64,000 nucleotides of DNA from an uncultured Chthonomonadaceae bacterium. Its GTDB lineage: Bacteria > Armatimonadota > Chthonomonadetes > Chthonomonadales > Chthonomonadaceae. The translations under genes were made by a program, and so were the position numbers. Below, piece after piece: positions 41,355 through 52,277 of this stretch (positions are counted from its first letter, which is position 1; the number at the start of each line of letters is the position of its first letter). A model generated the notes under the pieces. That model saw only the letters and a program-made list of their open reading frames with translations. It ran no database searches and was not told the origin of the DNA. The DNA is taken from the NCBI GenBank assembly GCA_963817895.1, contig CAWFQB010000004.1, positions 192,001 through 256,000 on the forward strand, in the 5' to 3' direction.

Positions 41355-41555
41355 CTAATCTTCCATACCCTCTTCTGCCATTTGCCGGTCTTCTTCGGCA
41401 AACTCCGCATACAGCGCAGCCAGTTGCGCATCTTCCAGCAGGGATATTTTAGGCCGCGACTGAAACCGCAGAAAGGCCAGATAATCAGCGACCTGCTGCA
41501 ATTTCGTGTCATCCAAACAGTCAATTTCTTGCGCGACACGCTCTTTCAGGGACAT
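41355..41555 (-). CDS. Small DUF2281-like/antitoxin-like protein
   Basis: MSLKERVAQEIDCL...QVADYLAFLRF...LAALYAEFAEEDRQMAEEGM; GGAGG RBS. Confidence 0.6.
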   Translation of the reverse strand: MSLKERVAQEIDCLDDTKLQQVADYLAFLRFQSRPKISLLEDAQLAALYAEFAEEDRQMAEEGMED

Positions 41556-41647
41556 GCGAATACCTCCATTGACATGCTTCATAAACCCATGTATCTAATT
41601 TGATGCCCACAAACTTGATGCTTTAGAGATTCCAGTAAGTGCCGATC

Positions 41648-41893
41648 TCATACACCCTCAAAATCCGCAAGGGTCGGGTCCGGCAAAGGCGCGTCAAAAT
41701 CATCAGGAACCGCAAATTCACTGGCACAAAGACCAAACGGGCGCAACGCCTTTTCGGAAGACGGTTCCGAAATAAGTTTGAGTTCTGCTACCGGGTGATT
41801 ATCCTGAACAATCAGCACGGTTTCCCCTGCATGAAGGCGTTGCAGATAGCCGGGAAGGTCATGGGAAATAACGTTGAGGTCAATGGTTATCAT
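41648..41893 (-). CDS. Phd/YefM-family antitoxin (no cognate toxin seen)
   Basis: LPGYLQRLHAGETVLI....PVAEL...RPFGL...VPDDFDAPLP. Confidence 0.8.
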   Translation of the reverse strand: MITIDLNVISHDLPGYLQRLHAGETVLIVQDNHPVAELKLISEPSSEKALRPFGLCASEFAVPDDFDAPLPDPTLADFEGV

Positions 41894-42010
41894 ATTTACT
41901 GTACCTTCAAAAGTGCCAGCATGGTTTCGGTGAGAACGCGAGGATGCTCAACGTGCGGAACGCCTTAATTGTTAAAACTACAATTCTTGTGCTGAATTGT
42001 AGTTGCGCAT

Positions 42011-42496
42011 CTACATAGCGGCAATAATACGAGATTTTATGAGTTCTTTCTTTCGATAATCCATCATTTCCTCGGTAACTTCAAGCGCATAGTTCAGGTT
42101 TCCTCTACTAATAGCAATATCCACTATCTGTTCTAATTGGGACTGCTTCATTCTGTAATCCATCATAGTTCTGATAACGACTAATTTCGTCTCTAAATCT
42201 TGCATGTCGGGATTGACTTGCCTAGAGCCTAAGCGTCCATGTACATCTGGAACGGGTATACCGCCTAAGTATATTGTTTTCGCATGAGAATACAGTTGAG
42301 TATCCGTGCGGGGAATGACTTGTGGTAGGAGGTCATCCGAAGGTTTCTCAGTACTGTTACTGCGTTTCTTCTTGGTTGTAAGAAGAGTGACATAGATGCC
42401 GAAGCATGGAATCAATACTGCTCCGATGATCCATTTTATAGTTTCAACTTCCAACTTGGCCTCCTTCTGGTAACATCCGAGTGGTGTATCGCTCAC
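42011..42496 (-). CDS. AT-rich hypothetical protein with N-terminal TM
   Basis: Open ORF visibly lower in GC than its neighbours; start may be the GTG near 42450. Confidence 0.55.
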   Translation of the reverse strand: MSDTPLGCYQKEAKLEVETIKWIIGAVLIPCFGIYVTLLTTKKKRSNSTEKPSDDLLPQVIPRTDTQLYSHAKTIYLGGIPVPDVHGRLGSRQVNPDMQDLETKLVVIRTMMDYRMKQSQLEQIVDIAISRGNLNYALEVTEEMMDYRKKELIKSRIIAAM

Positions 42497-42663
42497 AACA
42501 TAAAGCGGAGTATGTGGATGTGCACTGTTAGAACATTATAACAAGTCGAATACAAGGTGTCAATAGCGTCTTACGGAGAATTCAGCGTCTTCAACCATTC
42601 ATTTATAGCAGATCGCCTCAACACCATCTGGAGTAAGATCAGTAGATCACATTTTATAGATAA

Positions 42664-42700
42664 GCAGTCCAACTGTTGCGTGAAGCAACAGTTGGACTGC
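42664..42700. terminator. 16-bp perfect hairpin after the amidohydrolase
   Basis: gcagtccaactgttgc-gtgaa-gcaacagttggactgc. Confidence 0.6.
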
Positions 42701-42710
42701 GTTGTTGGTT

Positions 42711-45510
42711 TTACTGGCCGCCGGCAGTGGAGGGCTGCTTTTTGGTTTTTTGGGCGAGGGTGGGGGAGGAGGAGGATTCGCCCAATCGCTGCATGTAGAG
42801 TTCGTACAGGCGCGTGTGCTTGCTTTCCAGCAGGATGGGCTTGCCCGCAATGAACAGGTTGTGGACGCAGGTTGTCACTTCCAGCGGGTCGCCGTCCGTG
42901 ACGATGATGTTTGCCAGTTTGCCCGCGTCCAGACTGCCCATGCTGTCCGCAACGCCCAGCGTTTCCGCCGCGTCGAGCGTCAGAGCGCGAAGAGCGGCCT
43001 GTTTGGGCAGGCCATACGCGCACATGATGCCTACCTGACGCGGCAGGTTTTTGGCTTCGGCGGCGCTCAGGGTTTCAAACGACAGCTTTACGCCCGCCCG
43101 CTGCAAGACAGCGGGGGCCGTCCACGGGGTATCCGTCGGGTCGTAGTCGTTGGCGGGCGGCATGTCGTTGATGCTGTTGTTGATGGGGATGTTGTAGATG
43201 TAAGGCACTTTCTTCTTTGCCAGCAGGTCGGCCACTTTCCACACGTCCGGGCCGCCCGAAAGGATGATTTTCAGGCCCAGATCGTCCGCGAACTGAATCG
43301 CCCGTTTCGCGCCCGTCGCCGTGGAAACCGTGAAGATGATCGGCGCTTTGCCCGTCACATACGGCGTCATGGCTTCGAGAGAGGGTTCCAGCAGGGTGCC
43401 GGTCGGGTTTGCTTTGCGGGCATTCGCGTACAGTTTGGCATGCTCGAAGTAGTCGCGCAATAGGCGGGCGCGGGCGGTATCGCGCTGTGATACCTGCTGA
43501 AGCAGCTCGGGCGTCAGGAACGCGGCGAACCGTCCGCCGCGCTGCGATTCGGGAAAGTTCACCTGCAAGAGCAACCGGACTCTTGACGCGCATCAGTTCG
43601 GGCGTCCAACCGGCAAGGTCAATGATGCCGATCTGCCCCGATACCGTGCCGCCCGAAGGCCGCACCGCCGCGCTCGTAATGCCGTTGCCCCGCGCAATGG
43701 CAAGCATCTCGCTGCCGGGATTGACCGCTGTTGCCGCCAGCAGGTCGGGCTGAAACTCGCCGCTCTCGGACGTGTCAATGGTCGCCCGGATGCTTTCAAT
43801 CTCCTGCAAGCCCACTTCGGAACCCGCATCTATCAGGCCGGGGTAAACGTGCATCCCTTTGGCGTGAAGCACATACGCGCCGGAGGGAATCGCCACGTTT
43901 TTGCCCACCGCTTTGATTTTGCCGTCTTCAATGACAACCGTGCCGCCGACAATATCTGCCGAAGAAACGGGATGCACGGTCGCGCCCACAATGGCATACG
44001 CGCGGCGAACGGGCGGCACGAGCGGCACGGTCGGTTCCGCGACATGCGTATCCAGAACCTGCGTCGCGCTGGCCTGCTTGTCCACGCCGAACGGGTCTTT
44101 GCGCTGATAAAATACGTCGCCCTCCACAAGCGTCATGCGCGGTTTGGAGAACACGCTCAGGGGGTGTCCATCCCAGATCGTGATGTCGCCGTCCTTGCCC
44201 ACATCCAGACTGCCCGCCCGTTTGTCAATCCCCAATTGCATCGCGGGGTTGATGGTGACGAGGCGCAGGGCTTCGTTTTCGTTCAGGCCGCCGTACTTCA
44301 TGCTGTTGGCGGCTTCGATGTTGAGCCGGTACGTGCCTGCCGTGTTGTCGGAATTGACGCTGGTAACAATCCCCGCCCGGGTACACAGCGCGGCGTTGTA
44401 GGGAATGGCGTCGAACGCCTCCTCCTTATAGGCCCACGCATCCGCGAATGTGGATACCTGAACGCCCGCAGCCGCTATCTCCGGCGCGATTTTATACGCT
44501 TCCAAACCGTGCTGAAAGACCAGTTTGAAATGGTACTCCTGACTTAATCGCACCATCATCAGCATCTCATCGGCGCGGTAGGAGTGGCACTGCACCCATA
44601 TTTTGCCGTTGAGAATGTCGGCAAGGGTTTCCAACCGCAGGTCACGGCGGGGCGGAAGGGCGTTGGGATTGCCGCTCTTTCCCGCGTTGTATTTGTCCCA
44701 TAGCCCGTTGTACTTGCGGGCTTCGGCAAAGGCGCGGCGATAGACCGCTTCCACGCCCATGCGCGTGCCGGGAAAGCGCGACGGCCCCTGATTGAATCCG
44801 CCGCCGTTCGACTGCTTCACGTTTTCCCCAAGCGCGAACTTGATCATGCGGGGCGCGTCCGGCACAATCAGCTCCTCGACAGGCCGCTTGTACTTCATCT
44901 TCACGACCACGCTTTGCCCGCCGATGGGGTTCGCGCTGCCGTGCAGGAGGAGCGAACTCGTGACGCCATTGGACAGGCCGCGATAAATTGACAGGCTTTG
45001 CGGATTAATAACATCGTGCATTCGCACTTCGGCGGTAATGGCGTCGCTGCCCTCATTGACCGAATCCAGCGCGATATGCGAGTGCGCGTCAATCAGTCCC
45101 GGCGACACGAATTTACCGGTCGCGTCAATGGTGACGACACCGGCAGGCGCGGTTAAATTCTTGCCGATGGCCGCGATCTTGCCGTTCTGAATCAGAACAT
45201 CCGTAGCAGGCAAAATGCCATGCGTGACCGTGAGCAGTGTTCCGTTTTTAATCAGGCAGTTGCCTTTGGTGACGGTGGCAGGCGTTCGGTCCGAGTCCAG
45301 TTCCAGAATCGTCTGCGTACTGGCGGGCAAGGCAGGGGGCAGGGGTTGAGGGTTGAGGGTGGCATTGCCCTGTGGCCGAGTCGCCTGCGTTCCGGGCGTT
45401 CCGACGGGCCGTGTTCGCGGAACCTGATTGGTGGTTTGCGGCGTTTGCGCGCCGACCTGCGCGGTTAAAAGGGCGCATCCGAGCGGCAGTGTCCAGCGTG
45501 AGTTTTTCAC
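42711..45510 (-). CDS. Secreted tandem amidohydrolase (two domains; frameshift near 43570)
   Basis: PGLIDAHSH, KFALGEN, HSYRADE, NSD and GSLDVGKDGD; second domain YPGLIDA...GSLDAGKLAN. Confidence 0.88.
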
Positions 45511-45569
45511 TCATCGTTCCTTTCTGAAAACCAATGCAGCAAAAATGGAAAAGAGAATACAAGAAGAAT

Positions 45570-45722
45570 TAGCCGCGAATGAACGCGAATGAACGCGAAT
45601 ATGCAGAGAGGAGGTGAGGCGGATTCTCATCATGGCTCTGTTACCCTCTGTGACCCCTCGGTGTCTCTGTGCCTCTGTGGTGAAATCCCATTCGCGTTTA
45701 TTCGCGTTCATTCGCGGCTAAA
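45570..45722. repeat. Nested intergenic element: (GAACGCGAAT)n inverted arms around a CTCTGTG-family repeat
   Basis: ttagccgcgaatgaacgcgaatgaacgcgaat ... attcgcgtttattcgcgttcattcgcggctaa. Confidence 0.8.
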
Positions 45723-45730
45723 TTCTCCTC

Positions 45731-47573
45731 CTAGTCGCCGTCATCGTCATCGGCGGGGCGGCGGCGCTGCGGCAGGGCGGGCAGCGGGCCTAAATCCCGA
45801 TCCGGCTCGAACTTGTTCTTGTCTATGAACAGGTAACGGACGCGGGTTGTCGGCTGAACAAAATCGCCCGACATAACCACTAAGGCCGCCACTTTGCCCG
45901 CTTCAACCGTACCCATCTGCTTGTCCACGCCCATCAAACGCGCGGCGTCAATGGTCAGGGCGCGAAGCGCGGCGTCGCGGGGCAATCCCGCGGTAATGGC
46001 GCGGCGCAGGTTGGTCAGGAACTCGGCCTGACTGCGGTTGCCTCGCGTGGTGAAGGCGATGGGAACGCCCGCTTTGCTCAACATGCCCGCGTTCGCGACT
46101 TTCTCTTCCCATTTGAGATGCCGCTCTTTCAGCACGGGCGCAGGAAGGGCGGTATCTTCGGCGTCCGTGTTGCTGGTGTTGACGGTGCTGTTCGGGCGGC
46201 GCGTTGGGGTCAACGGGTTTGTTGGCCTGATTGGGGTTGGCGTTGGGCGGAACGGCATCCTCTTTGTCGGGCTTGGGCGGAACGGGCTTGCCCTGATCCT
46301 GTCCGGGCTTTTCGTTGGTGGCCGGTTTGTTGGCGTCCGTTTGCGCGGGCGCGGCGGGATTGGGAACCGCTGCGGGCTGGACGGCGGGCGGATCGGAGGG
46401 GGGCGGAACAGTTGTCGGAGGGTTCGCGGGGGGATTGGTTCCGGGCGCGCCGGGAACGCCGGGCGCGCCACCGGGCTGGCGATTGCCTCTTCCCTGCCGG
46501 TTGCCCAAACCGCCGGGACGTCCGCCCACGCCGCCACCGCTGCCGGGGAAACCGCCGCCCTGACCGGCGGGAGCCGTCACGCCGGGTTCCTGCCCGAAAT
46601 TAAGGCTGACGATTACGGGGATTTTGCGCTGCGACAAGACGGGCAGGGCTTTATAGGCTTCGGTTCCGCCGCTGACCATCAGCTTCAGGCCGAACTCATC
46701 CGACATGCGAATGGCGCGCCGAATCTCGTTTTCGCTGTCGGCATCGAACAGGACGGGCATCGCGCCGCTCAAAACCGGCTGAAGCGCGGCCAGCGACGCA
46801 TCGGCGGGCGGGCGGTGGCTGCCGCCATGCGCGAACGAGGTTTGCGCCATCTGAAAATACTGCGCGTCCAGCAGGGTTTGCCGCGTCAGGGCTTGAATCC
46901 CCATCAGGCTGCCGGGGTAGCCGCTTCCACTGGTGGTAAACGTGAAATTCATCGCCACATCGGGCCGCACGATGCTGTCCCGGCGCGGCATCCCCGTCAG
47001 GTTGACCAGCGTTCCGATGCCGTTCATGGTTCCGCCCGTCGGCATCACCAGTTCCGTTGTAAATCCACTGGCGCGGGCCGGAGTGAGCAGGTCGTCCGTC
47101 AGCGTCAGGTAGTCCCCGGCGCGGAGTTCGGGCCGGATACCCTTGCGGTTGGCTTCCCGCATGAACGGGGGAGCGCCCGCGCTGATGTCGGGCGCGACAT
47201 CCTGAATTGGCTGCGCGTCGGGCGGCGTGACGCCTCGGATGGAATGGGCGTCAATGAAGCCGGGGTACACGGTCAGGCCGTCGCCCTTGATAATTTCGGC
47301 TTCCGGCGGAACTTTCACGTCCACGCCCACAGCCTCAATCATGCCGTCGCGGACAAGCACGGTTCCCTTTTCGATCACTTTGCCGTTGCCGACTTCGATA
47401 CGCGCCCCGACAACCGCGTACACGCTGTTGACCGAAGAGAACGGCGTCTGCGCGTGTACCGCAGGCAGTGAAAAGCCTGACAGCAGGCAGGCAAGCCCCG
47501 GCAATAGTAGAATGTGTCTGCGCAATGGATGGTTCCTCCCGAAGCGTGGTAAATACTCTGCAACGCTTCCCAT
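45731..47573 (-). CDS. Secreted amidohydrolase-family protein with Pro/Gly-rich insert (frameshift near 46195; start uncertain)
   Basis: VYPGFIDAH, YPGSLMG, ALRALTIDAA and GTVEAGKVA motifs. Confidence 0.85.
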
Positions 47574-47847
47574 GCGAACAAGGCCAAACGGTTACAGGCT
47601 CAATTGAAGAACAGGTTGAGAATGAAGAACGCGGCAAACAGCATACGATTGCCGCAAAATGTCTCTGGAAGAACGGGTAAATCGCTGACAATTCTGATAG
47701 GAGCGTATCAGCGGATACTTCCGAACAGCAGTGTTGGGGAAGGTTGGATGAGTGCGGGGAACTCCGGCGCGAATTTGCGCGTCGAAATTCGGGCCACAAT
47801 TAACGTCAGATTAAGAATAGCGCAAACGGGCTTGCCTTGTCAATGCG

Positions 47848-47948
47848 TTGTCTTGAACCATAAATTTTCGTGATTTCAGGATTAGCATGATTGAGAAGGC
47901 GCGTTCCTCATGGGTATCCAATAATCATAAAATCATGGTTCGAGACAA
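47848..47948. repeat. About 100-bp palindromic element with TTGTCTTGAACCAT termini
   Basis: Second copy in opposite orientation at 51195-51299. Confidence 0.75.
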
Positions 47949-47999
47949 AAAGCAGTGAGAGTAAAAGGATTCGGAACGAAGATTGCTAAATAAGGACTT

Positions 48000-49328
48000 A
48001 TGAACATAGTCTTTATCGTGATTGACACTTTGCGGGCCAGCCGACTGGGATGTTACGGGTATCCGCTTCCCACCAGTCCGGCCATAGACGCGCTGGCCGA
48101 ACAGGGGGCGCGGTTCGAGCGGTGCTTTGCGCCCGGTATCCCCACAACGCCCGCGCATACAACGATGTATACCGGTCTGCATCCCCTTTCGCACAACATC
48201 GTGTGTCACGGCGGGCAGGCGGATTTAGACCGCAAAATCCCCGTTCTGCCGGAACTGCTGCAAAACACCGGGTATACGACCTGCGCTGTGGATAATCTTT
48301 ACGATATCAAAGCGTGGCTGGCGCGGGGCTACGAGTTTTACATCAACCCCTCGTTTCGGCATAAACTGCGCCTGCTTGTGTCCTGTGACGAAATCAACGC
48401 CCGCGCCATTCCGTGGATCAAAGACCATGCGCGGGAACAGTTCTTTCTGTTTCTGCACTACTGGGAACCGCATACACCCTATACGCCTCCCAAACGCTAC
48501 CAGAATTTCTACCCCTCCGAACGCGACCCCTACTCGCCCGAATTCAGCAGTTTCGAGGCCGTGAAGCAGCAGCCGATTTACGGCATGTTCGGCGATTTAT
48601 GGTTCCACAAGTTGGGGCCGATTACGGATGCCGATTACGTGGCGTCGCTGTATGACGCGGAAATCCGGCGCGTGGACGATGGCATAGCCGAGATTTTGCG
48701 AACGCTGGACGAGACGGGATTGAGCGAGGATACGCTTGTCGTTCTGACCGGCGATCACGGCGAAAGCCTGACCGAACACGACATTTATTTCGAGCATCAC
48801 GGTTTATACGACGAAACCATTCACGTCCCCCTGATGATGCGCTGTCCGGGCAAAATCGCGCCGAACACATCTGTCAAGCCGATGGTACAGCATCTTGACC
48901 TTGCGCCGACCCTGCTGGACGCCTGCGGCGTTGCCGTTCCCGACAAAATGGAGGGGCGCAGTTTGTGGGCGAGGGCGACTGGTAAGGAGGAAACAGGAGG
49001 GTGGGAACAGGTCATTTGCTGTGAAAGCACATGGCAAAGCAAGTGGTGTCTGCGTACCGATGAGGTCAAGTTCATCCTGTCCCGGCAGCCCGATCATCAC
49101 GGACAGCCGATGCGCGAACTCTATGACCTGACAACCGACCCGGCAGAAAACCACAACCTTGCCGACACGCGCCCCGAACAAGCCGCGCAACTGGAAGCGG
49201 AATTGGAAGTGTGGATCGCGGCCAGTCTTGCGCGGACGGGCAAAACGGAAGACCCCTTGATTACGCAGGGCGTCACGCTTGGCAAGCGCTGGGAAGAATG
49301 GGTAAAAAAAGGCGGCAGCAAATCCTGA
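48000..49328 (+). CDS. Sulfatase-like hydrolase (alkaline phosphatase superfamily)
   Basis: IDTLRA, TTPAHTTMYTG, HYWEPH, GDHGE and ELYDL..DP.E motifs. Confidence 0.9.
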   Translation: MNIVFIVIDTLRASRLGCYGYPLPTSPAIDALAEQGARFERCFAPGIPTTPAHTTMYTGLHPLSHNIVCHGGQADLDRKIPVLPELLQNTGYTTCAVDNLYDIKAWLARGYEFYINPSFRHKLRLLVSCDEINARAIPWIKDHAREQFFLFLHYWEPHTPYTPPKRYQNFYPSERDPYSPEFSSFEAVKQQPIYGMFGDLWFHKLGPITDADYVASLYDAEIRRVDDGIAEILRTLDETGLSEDTLVVLTGDHGESLTEHDIYFEHHGLYDETIHVPLMMRCPGKIAPNTSVKPMVQHLDLAPTLLDACGVAVPDKMEGRSLWARATGKEETGGWEQVICCESTWQSKWCLRTDEVKFILSRQPDHHGQPMRELYDLTTDPAENHNLADTRPEQAAQLEAELEVWIAASLARTGKTEDPLITQGVTLGKRWEEWVKKGGSKS

Positions 49329-49422
49329 GTACCACTTTGGAATTATATGCCGCTCTACAGTGTATAATACATGCGGCTCGCAGGAGCCGATAAATTTTGT
49401 TCGTAGAAAGAAACCCTAACAC

Positions 49423-50481
49423 ATGCAGGCTCCCACTGCGCCATCGGCGAAAACCAAGACACCCCACGCGGAAGCAAACACCCACACGGCTTTCAATGCA
49501 ACCACCGAAGTATACACAAAACCCGATACCGAATCGAAGCCGAACACCGGCACCAAAAAGACGGACTTCAAAACAAGAACCCGGCCCTTCCTTGAAAAGT
49601 TCGGTATGTTTCTGGCGGTTGTCGTGCCGCCGTGTGGCGCGTTGTATGCCGCTGTCCTCCTGACGCGCGGGCATGTTTTCTGGGGCTACCCCATTCTCGC
49701 CTTTGTGCTGGCGTCGCTGACCAATCTGGGAACTACGGCGGGCTACCACCGGATGCTGACCCATCAGGCGTTCAAAGCGCACCCCGTCGTGCAGTACGCG
49801 CTGCTCATTTTAGGCGCGGTTGCGGGGATGAGTTCGCCCATTGTGTGGGCGCACGACCATATATACCACCATTCCCATAGCGATACGGATAACGATCTTC
49901 ATTCCCCGCATACGCGACGTTATGAGGGTTGGGGAGTTGAGGTCTTCTGGCAATGGCTACATGCCCACATCGGCTGGCTGTTTTGCAGCACCATCCCCTT
50001 CGACAAAGCTACGCAGGCGACGGACACGCCTGCCGCCCGCTTCGTGCATAAAACCTGCTACGTCTGGCTTTTGGCGGGGATTTTCGTTCCCCTTTGCTTT
50101 GGTTGGAACGCATTTATATGGGCGGGACTGGTGCGCCTGTTCCTGAGCCACCACATCACCTGGAGCGTAAACTCCATCTGTCACCTGTGGGGACAGCAGC
50201 CGTTTCAGGGAACCAAAGACAAAAGTAAGAACAACGTCCTTGTCGGCATACTCGCGCTTGGCGAAGGCTGGCACAACAACCACCACTTCCGCCCCGCCTC
50301 GGCGCAGCACGGGATGCTGCCGCGCCAGTTGGACATCACCTATTCCGTAATTTGCCTGCTGGAGCGCTGCAAACTGGTATGGCAGGTAAAGCGGTACGCC
50401 CCCTGCCCGACGTGCCAGACATGGCAGGCCGCCGACGCATGCAAAAACGTTACCTGTACACAGTGCCGTGTTGTGGCGTAG
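49423..50481 (+). CDS. Delta-9 acyl-CoA/acyl-lipid desaturase
   Basis: His boxes HRMLTH, HIYHH and GEGWHNNHH; VNSICH. Confidence 0.92.
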   Translation: MQAPTAPSAKTKTPHAEANTHTAFNATTEVYTKPDTESKPNTGTKKTDFKTRTRPFLEKFGMFLAVVVPPCGALYAAVLLTRGHVFWGYPILAFVLASLTNLGTTAGYHRMLTHQAFKAHPVVQYALLILGAVAGMSSPIVWAHDHIYHHSHSDTDNDLHSPHTRRYEGWGVEVFWQWLHAHIGWLFCSTIPFDKATQATDTPAARFVHKTCYVWLLAGIFVPLCFGWNAFIWAGLVRLFLSHHITWSVNSICHLWGQQPFQGTKDKSKNNVLVGILALGEGWHNNHHFRPASAQHGMLPRQLDITYSVICLLERCKLVWQVKRYAPCPTCQTWQAADACKNVTCTQCRVVA

Positions 50482-50677
50482 TGACCTCACCCCAACCCCT
50501 CTCTTGGCCGCGCAACGCGCTAGGAGAGGGGAGCAGTTAGTTGGAAAAATTTGTGGCCGCAATGAAACTGATGTGATGTTTTGGCAGGCTCAAGTAAGTA
50601 TTTTAGGGAGGCTAACATCTACGCTCTCCCCTCTCCTGGCGCGTTGCGCGGCCAGGAGAGGGGTTGGGGTGAGGTCA
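50482..50677. repeat. Inverted pair of 50-bp REP-like elements between convergent genes
   Basis: tgacctcaccccaacccctctc...gcgcaacgcgc.aggagagggg at 50482-50531 and its reverse complement at 50628-50677. Confidence 0.85.
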
Positions 50678-51175
50678 TAAAAGCAGCCGATAACAGTGCC
50701 ATTCAGGCAAATGTTGTGCGCCGAATTTCTGATAGAACGTTTGCGCGTCCGTATTCCAATCCAGCACCACCCACTCCATGCGTCCGCAATCCCGCGCTTC
50801 AGCCTCCCGTTTGAGATGTTCCATAAAGAACGTTCCGATTCCATGACGCCGAAATTCGGGCAAGACGAAAATATCTTCGATGTAGAAGGTGGGGAGGCAC
50901 AAAAACGAAGAGTAGGTCAGGAAGGTAATGGCGTAGGCGGCGGGCGTGTTTTCTCCCGTCTGAGCGTCCCGAACATACGTCAGCCAGGCGTTGAAAAGGG
51001 GCGGCTGTCCGTCTTTGGGCCAGCCGTGCTGTTCCAATCGCTGCCGGGCGTCCGCATCCGGCGGAGCCAGTTTCTCGAAATCCGCAAGCGCGTCAATCAG
51101 GCGCAGCAGGGTAGGAATGTCTTCGCGTTCGGCTCGTTTAATCGTTAAATGATGTGTGGTTGAATTCTCGTTCAT
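50675..51175 (-). CDS. GNAT acetyltransferase (diamine acetyltransferase-like)
   Basis: YIEDIFVLPEFRRHGIG, RMEWVVLDWN and FYQKFGA motifs. Confidence 0.9.
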   Translation of the reverse strand: MNENSTTHHLTIKRAEREDIPTLLRLIDALADFEKLAPPDADARQRLEQHGWPKDGQPPLFNAWLTYVRDAQTGENTPAAYAITFLTYSSFLCLPTFYIEDIFVLPEFRRHGIGTFFMEHLKREAEARDCGRMEWVVLDWNTDAQTFYQKFGAQHLPEWHCYRLLL

Positions 51176-51194
51176 GGTTTGACCTTGCTTGTTT

Positions 51195-51299
51195 TTGTCT
51201 TGAACCATGATTTCACATGATTGGGATGATTAACATGAAGAACGCGCCTCCTCAATCATGGTAATCACAAAAATCATGCCTAATCATGGTTCAAGACAA
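51195..51299. repeat. About 100-bp palindromic element (same family as 47848-47948)
   Basis: ttgtcttgaaccatg...catggttcaagacaa. Confidence 0.75.
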
Positions 51300-51302
51300 T
51301 TT

Positions 51303-52277
51303 CTACCGAACCCCCGTAAGCCGATCCAGTTTGCGCAGCAGCGGCTTTTGTTCGATGAGTTTTGTCAGGGAAACGCGCTCGGCAAGGATGTGCAGGCCGA
51401 TAAGCAGCGACAGAGCAAGCAAGCGGAAGGGAATAGCGATTGGCGATGTGGCTAGAGCAAGTCCAAGCGTGGCCCCCAACAGATTGCTACCCGTATCGCC
51501 CATCATCACCTGCGCCTTCGCGTCGCGCTGCCAGACGGGGAGGGTGGGGATAAGAACTAAGAGCAGGAGGGGCGTTCCCGCTTCCCCGGAAAACAGCGTC
51601 AGGGCGCACAGGGGAAAGGCGACGAGAATAAACACGCTGCCCGCGCGTCCGGGGCGCAAATCCAACAGGTTTATGGCGTTCGCGCTCAGGGCAATCAGCG
51701 CGGCGGCAAGCAGGGCAAGGGCAAAATCTTCCGGGTACAAACGCCAGCCGAGCAACAGCGCCAACACTCCGCCGCCAACGGCTTTGACAAACCCGGTTGT
51801 AATCGTTCGTTCCCGAAACGCGGCGCGAAAATGGCCGCGCAGCCCCTTGATGCGTTTGGTTCCCCACGTATCGTCAATAAATCCGAGCAGTCCGAAGCCG
51901 GTTACGGCAAATAGCCAGAGCAGGCTTTCTCCCCGCTGAACGGCAAACAGCCATGCGTTCAATGCCAGCATCATTCCCGCCCACAACCAAATTGCCAATC
52001 CGAAACTTTGCGGAATTTTTTCGCCCCGGAAGTTGGCTTCCATGCGGTTTGCGCGGCGCAATAAACCGTTTACCGCGCCAAGAACAAGCGGAAGCAGCAG
52101 CAGGCCGACAAGAGCGAACAACAGGCCGCGTGATGACAGCAACCCCTGCGCGCGTACCGCGCCGAGGATGCCGAAACGCTGCCCCAAATGCTGTATCAGG
52201 CGGTCAAGGCTGTCAAAAAGCCCGCTCAAACCGTTGACAGGGAAGGACGCGCCCGGATCGCCGCCGATTTCATCCAT
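51303..52277 (-). CDS. MraY/WecA-like glycosyltransferase family 4
   Basis: GFIDD, NAINLLDLRPGR and MMGDTGSNLLG motifs. Confidence 0.88.
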   Translation of the reverse strand: MDEIGGDPGASFPVNGLSGLFDSLDRLIQHLGQRFGILGAVRAQGLLSSRGLLFALVGLLLLPLVLGAVNGLLRRANRMEANFRGEKIPQSFGLAIWLWAGMMLALNAWLFAVQRGESLLWLFAVTGFGLLGFIDDTWGTKRIKGLRGHFRAAFRERTITTGFVKAVGGGVLALLLGWRLYPEDFALALLAAALIALSANAINLLDLRPGRAGSVFILVAFPLCALTLFSGEAGTPLLLLVLIPTLPVWQRDAKAQVMMGDTGSNLLGATLGLALATSPIAIPFRLLALSLLIGLHILAERVSLTKLIEQKPLLRKLDRLTGVR

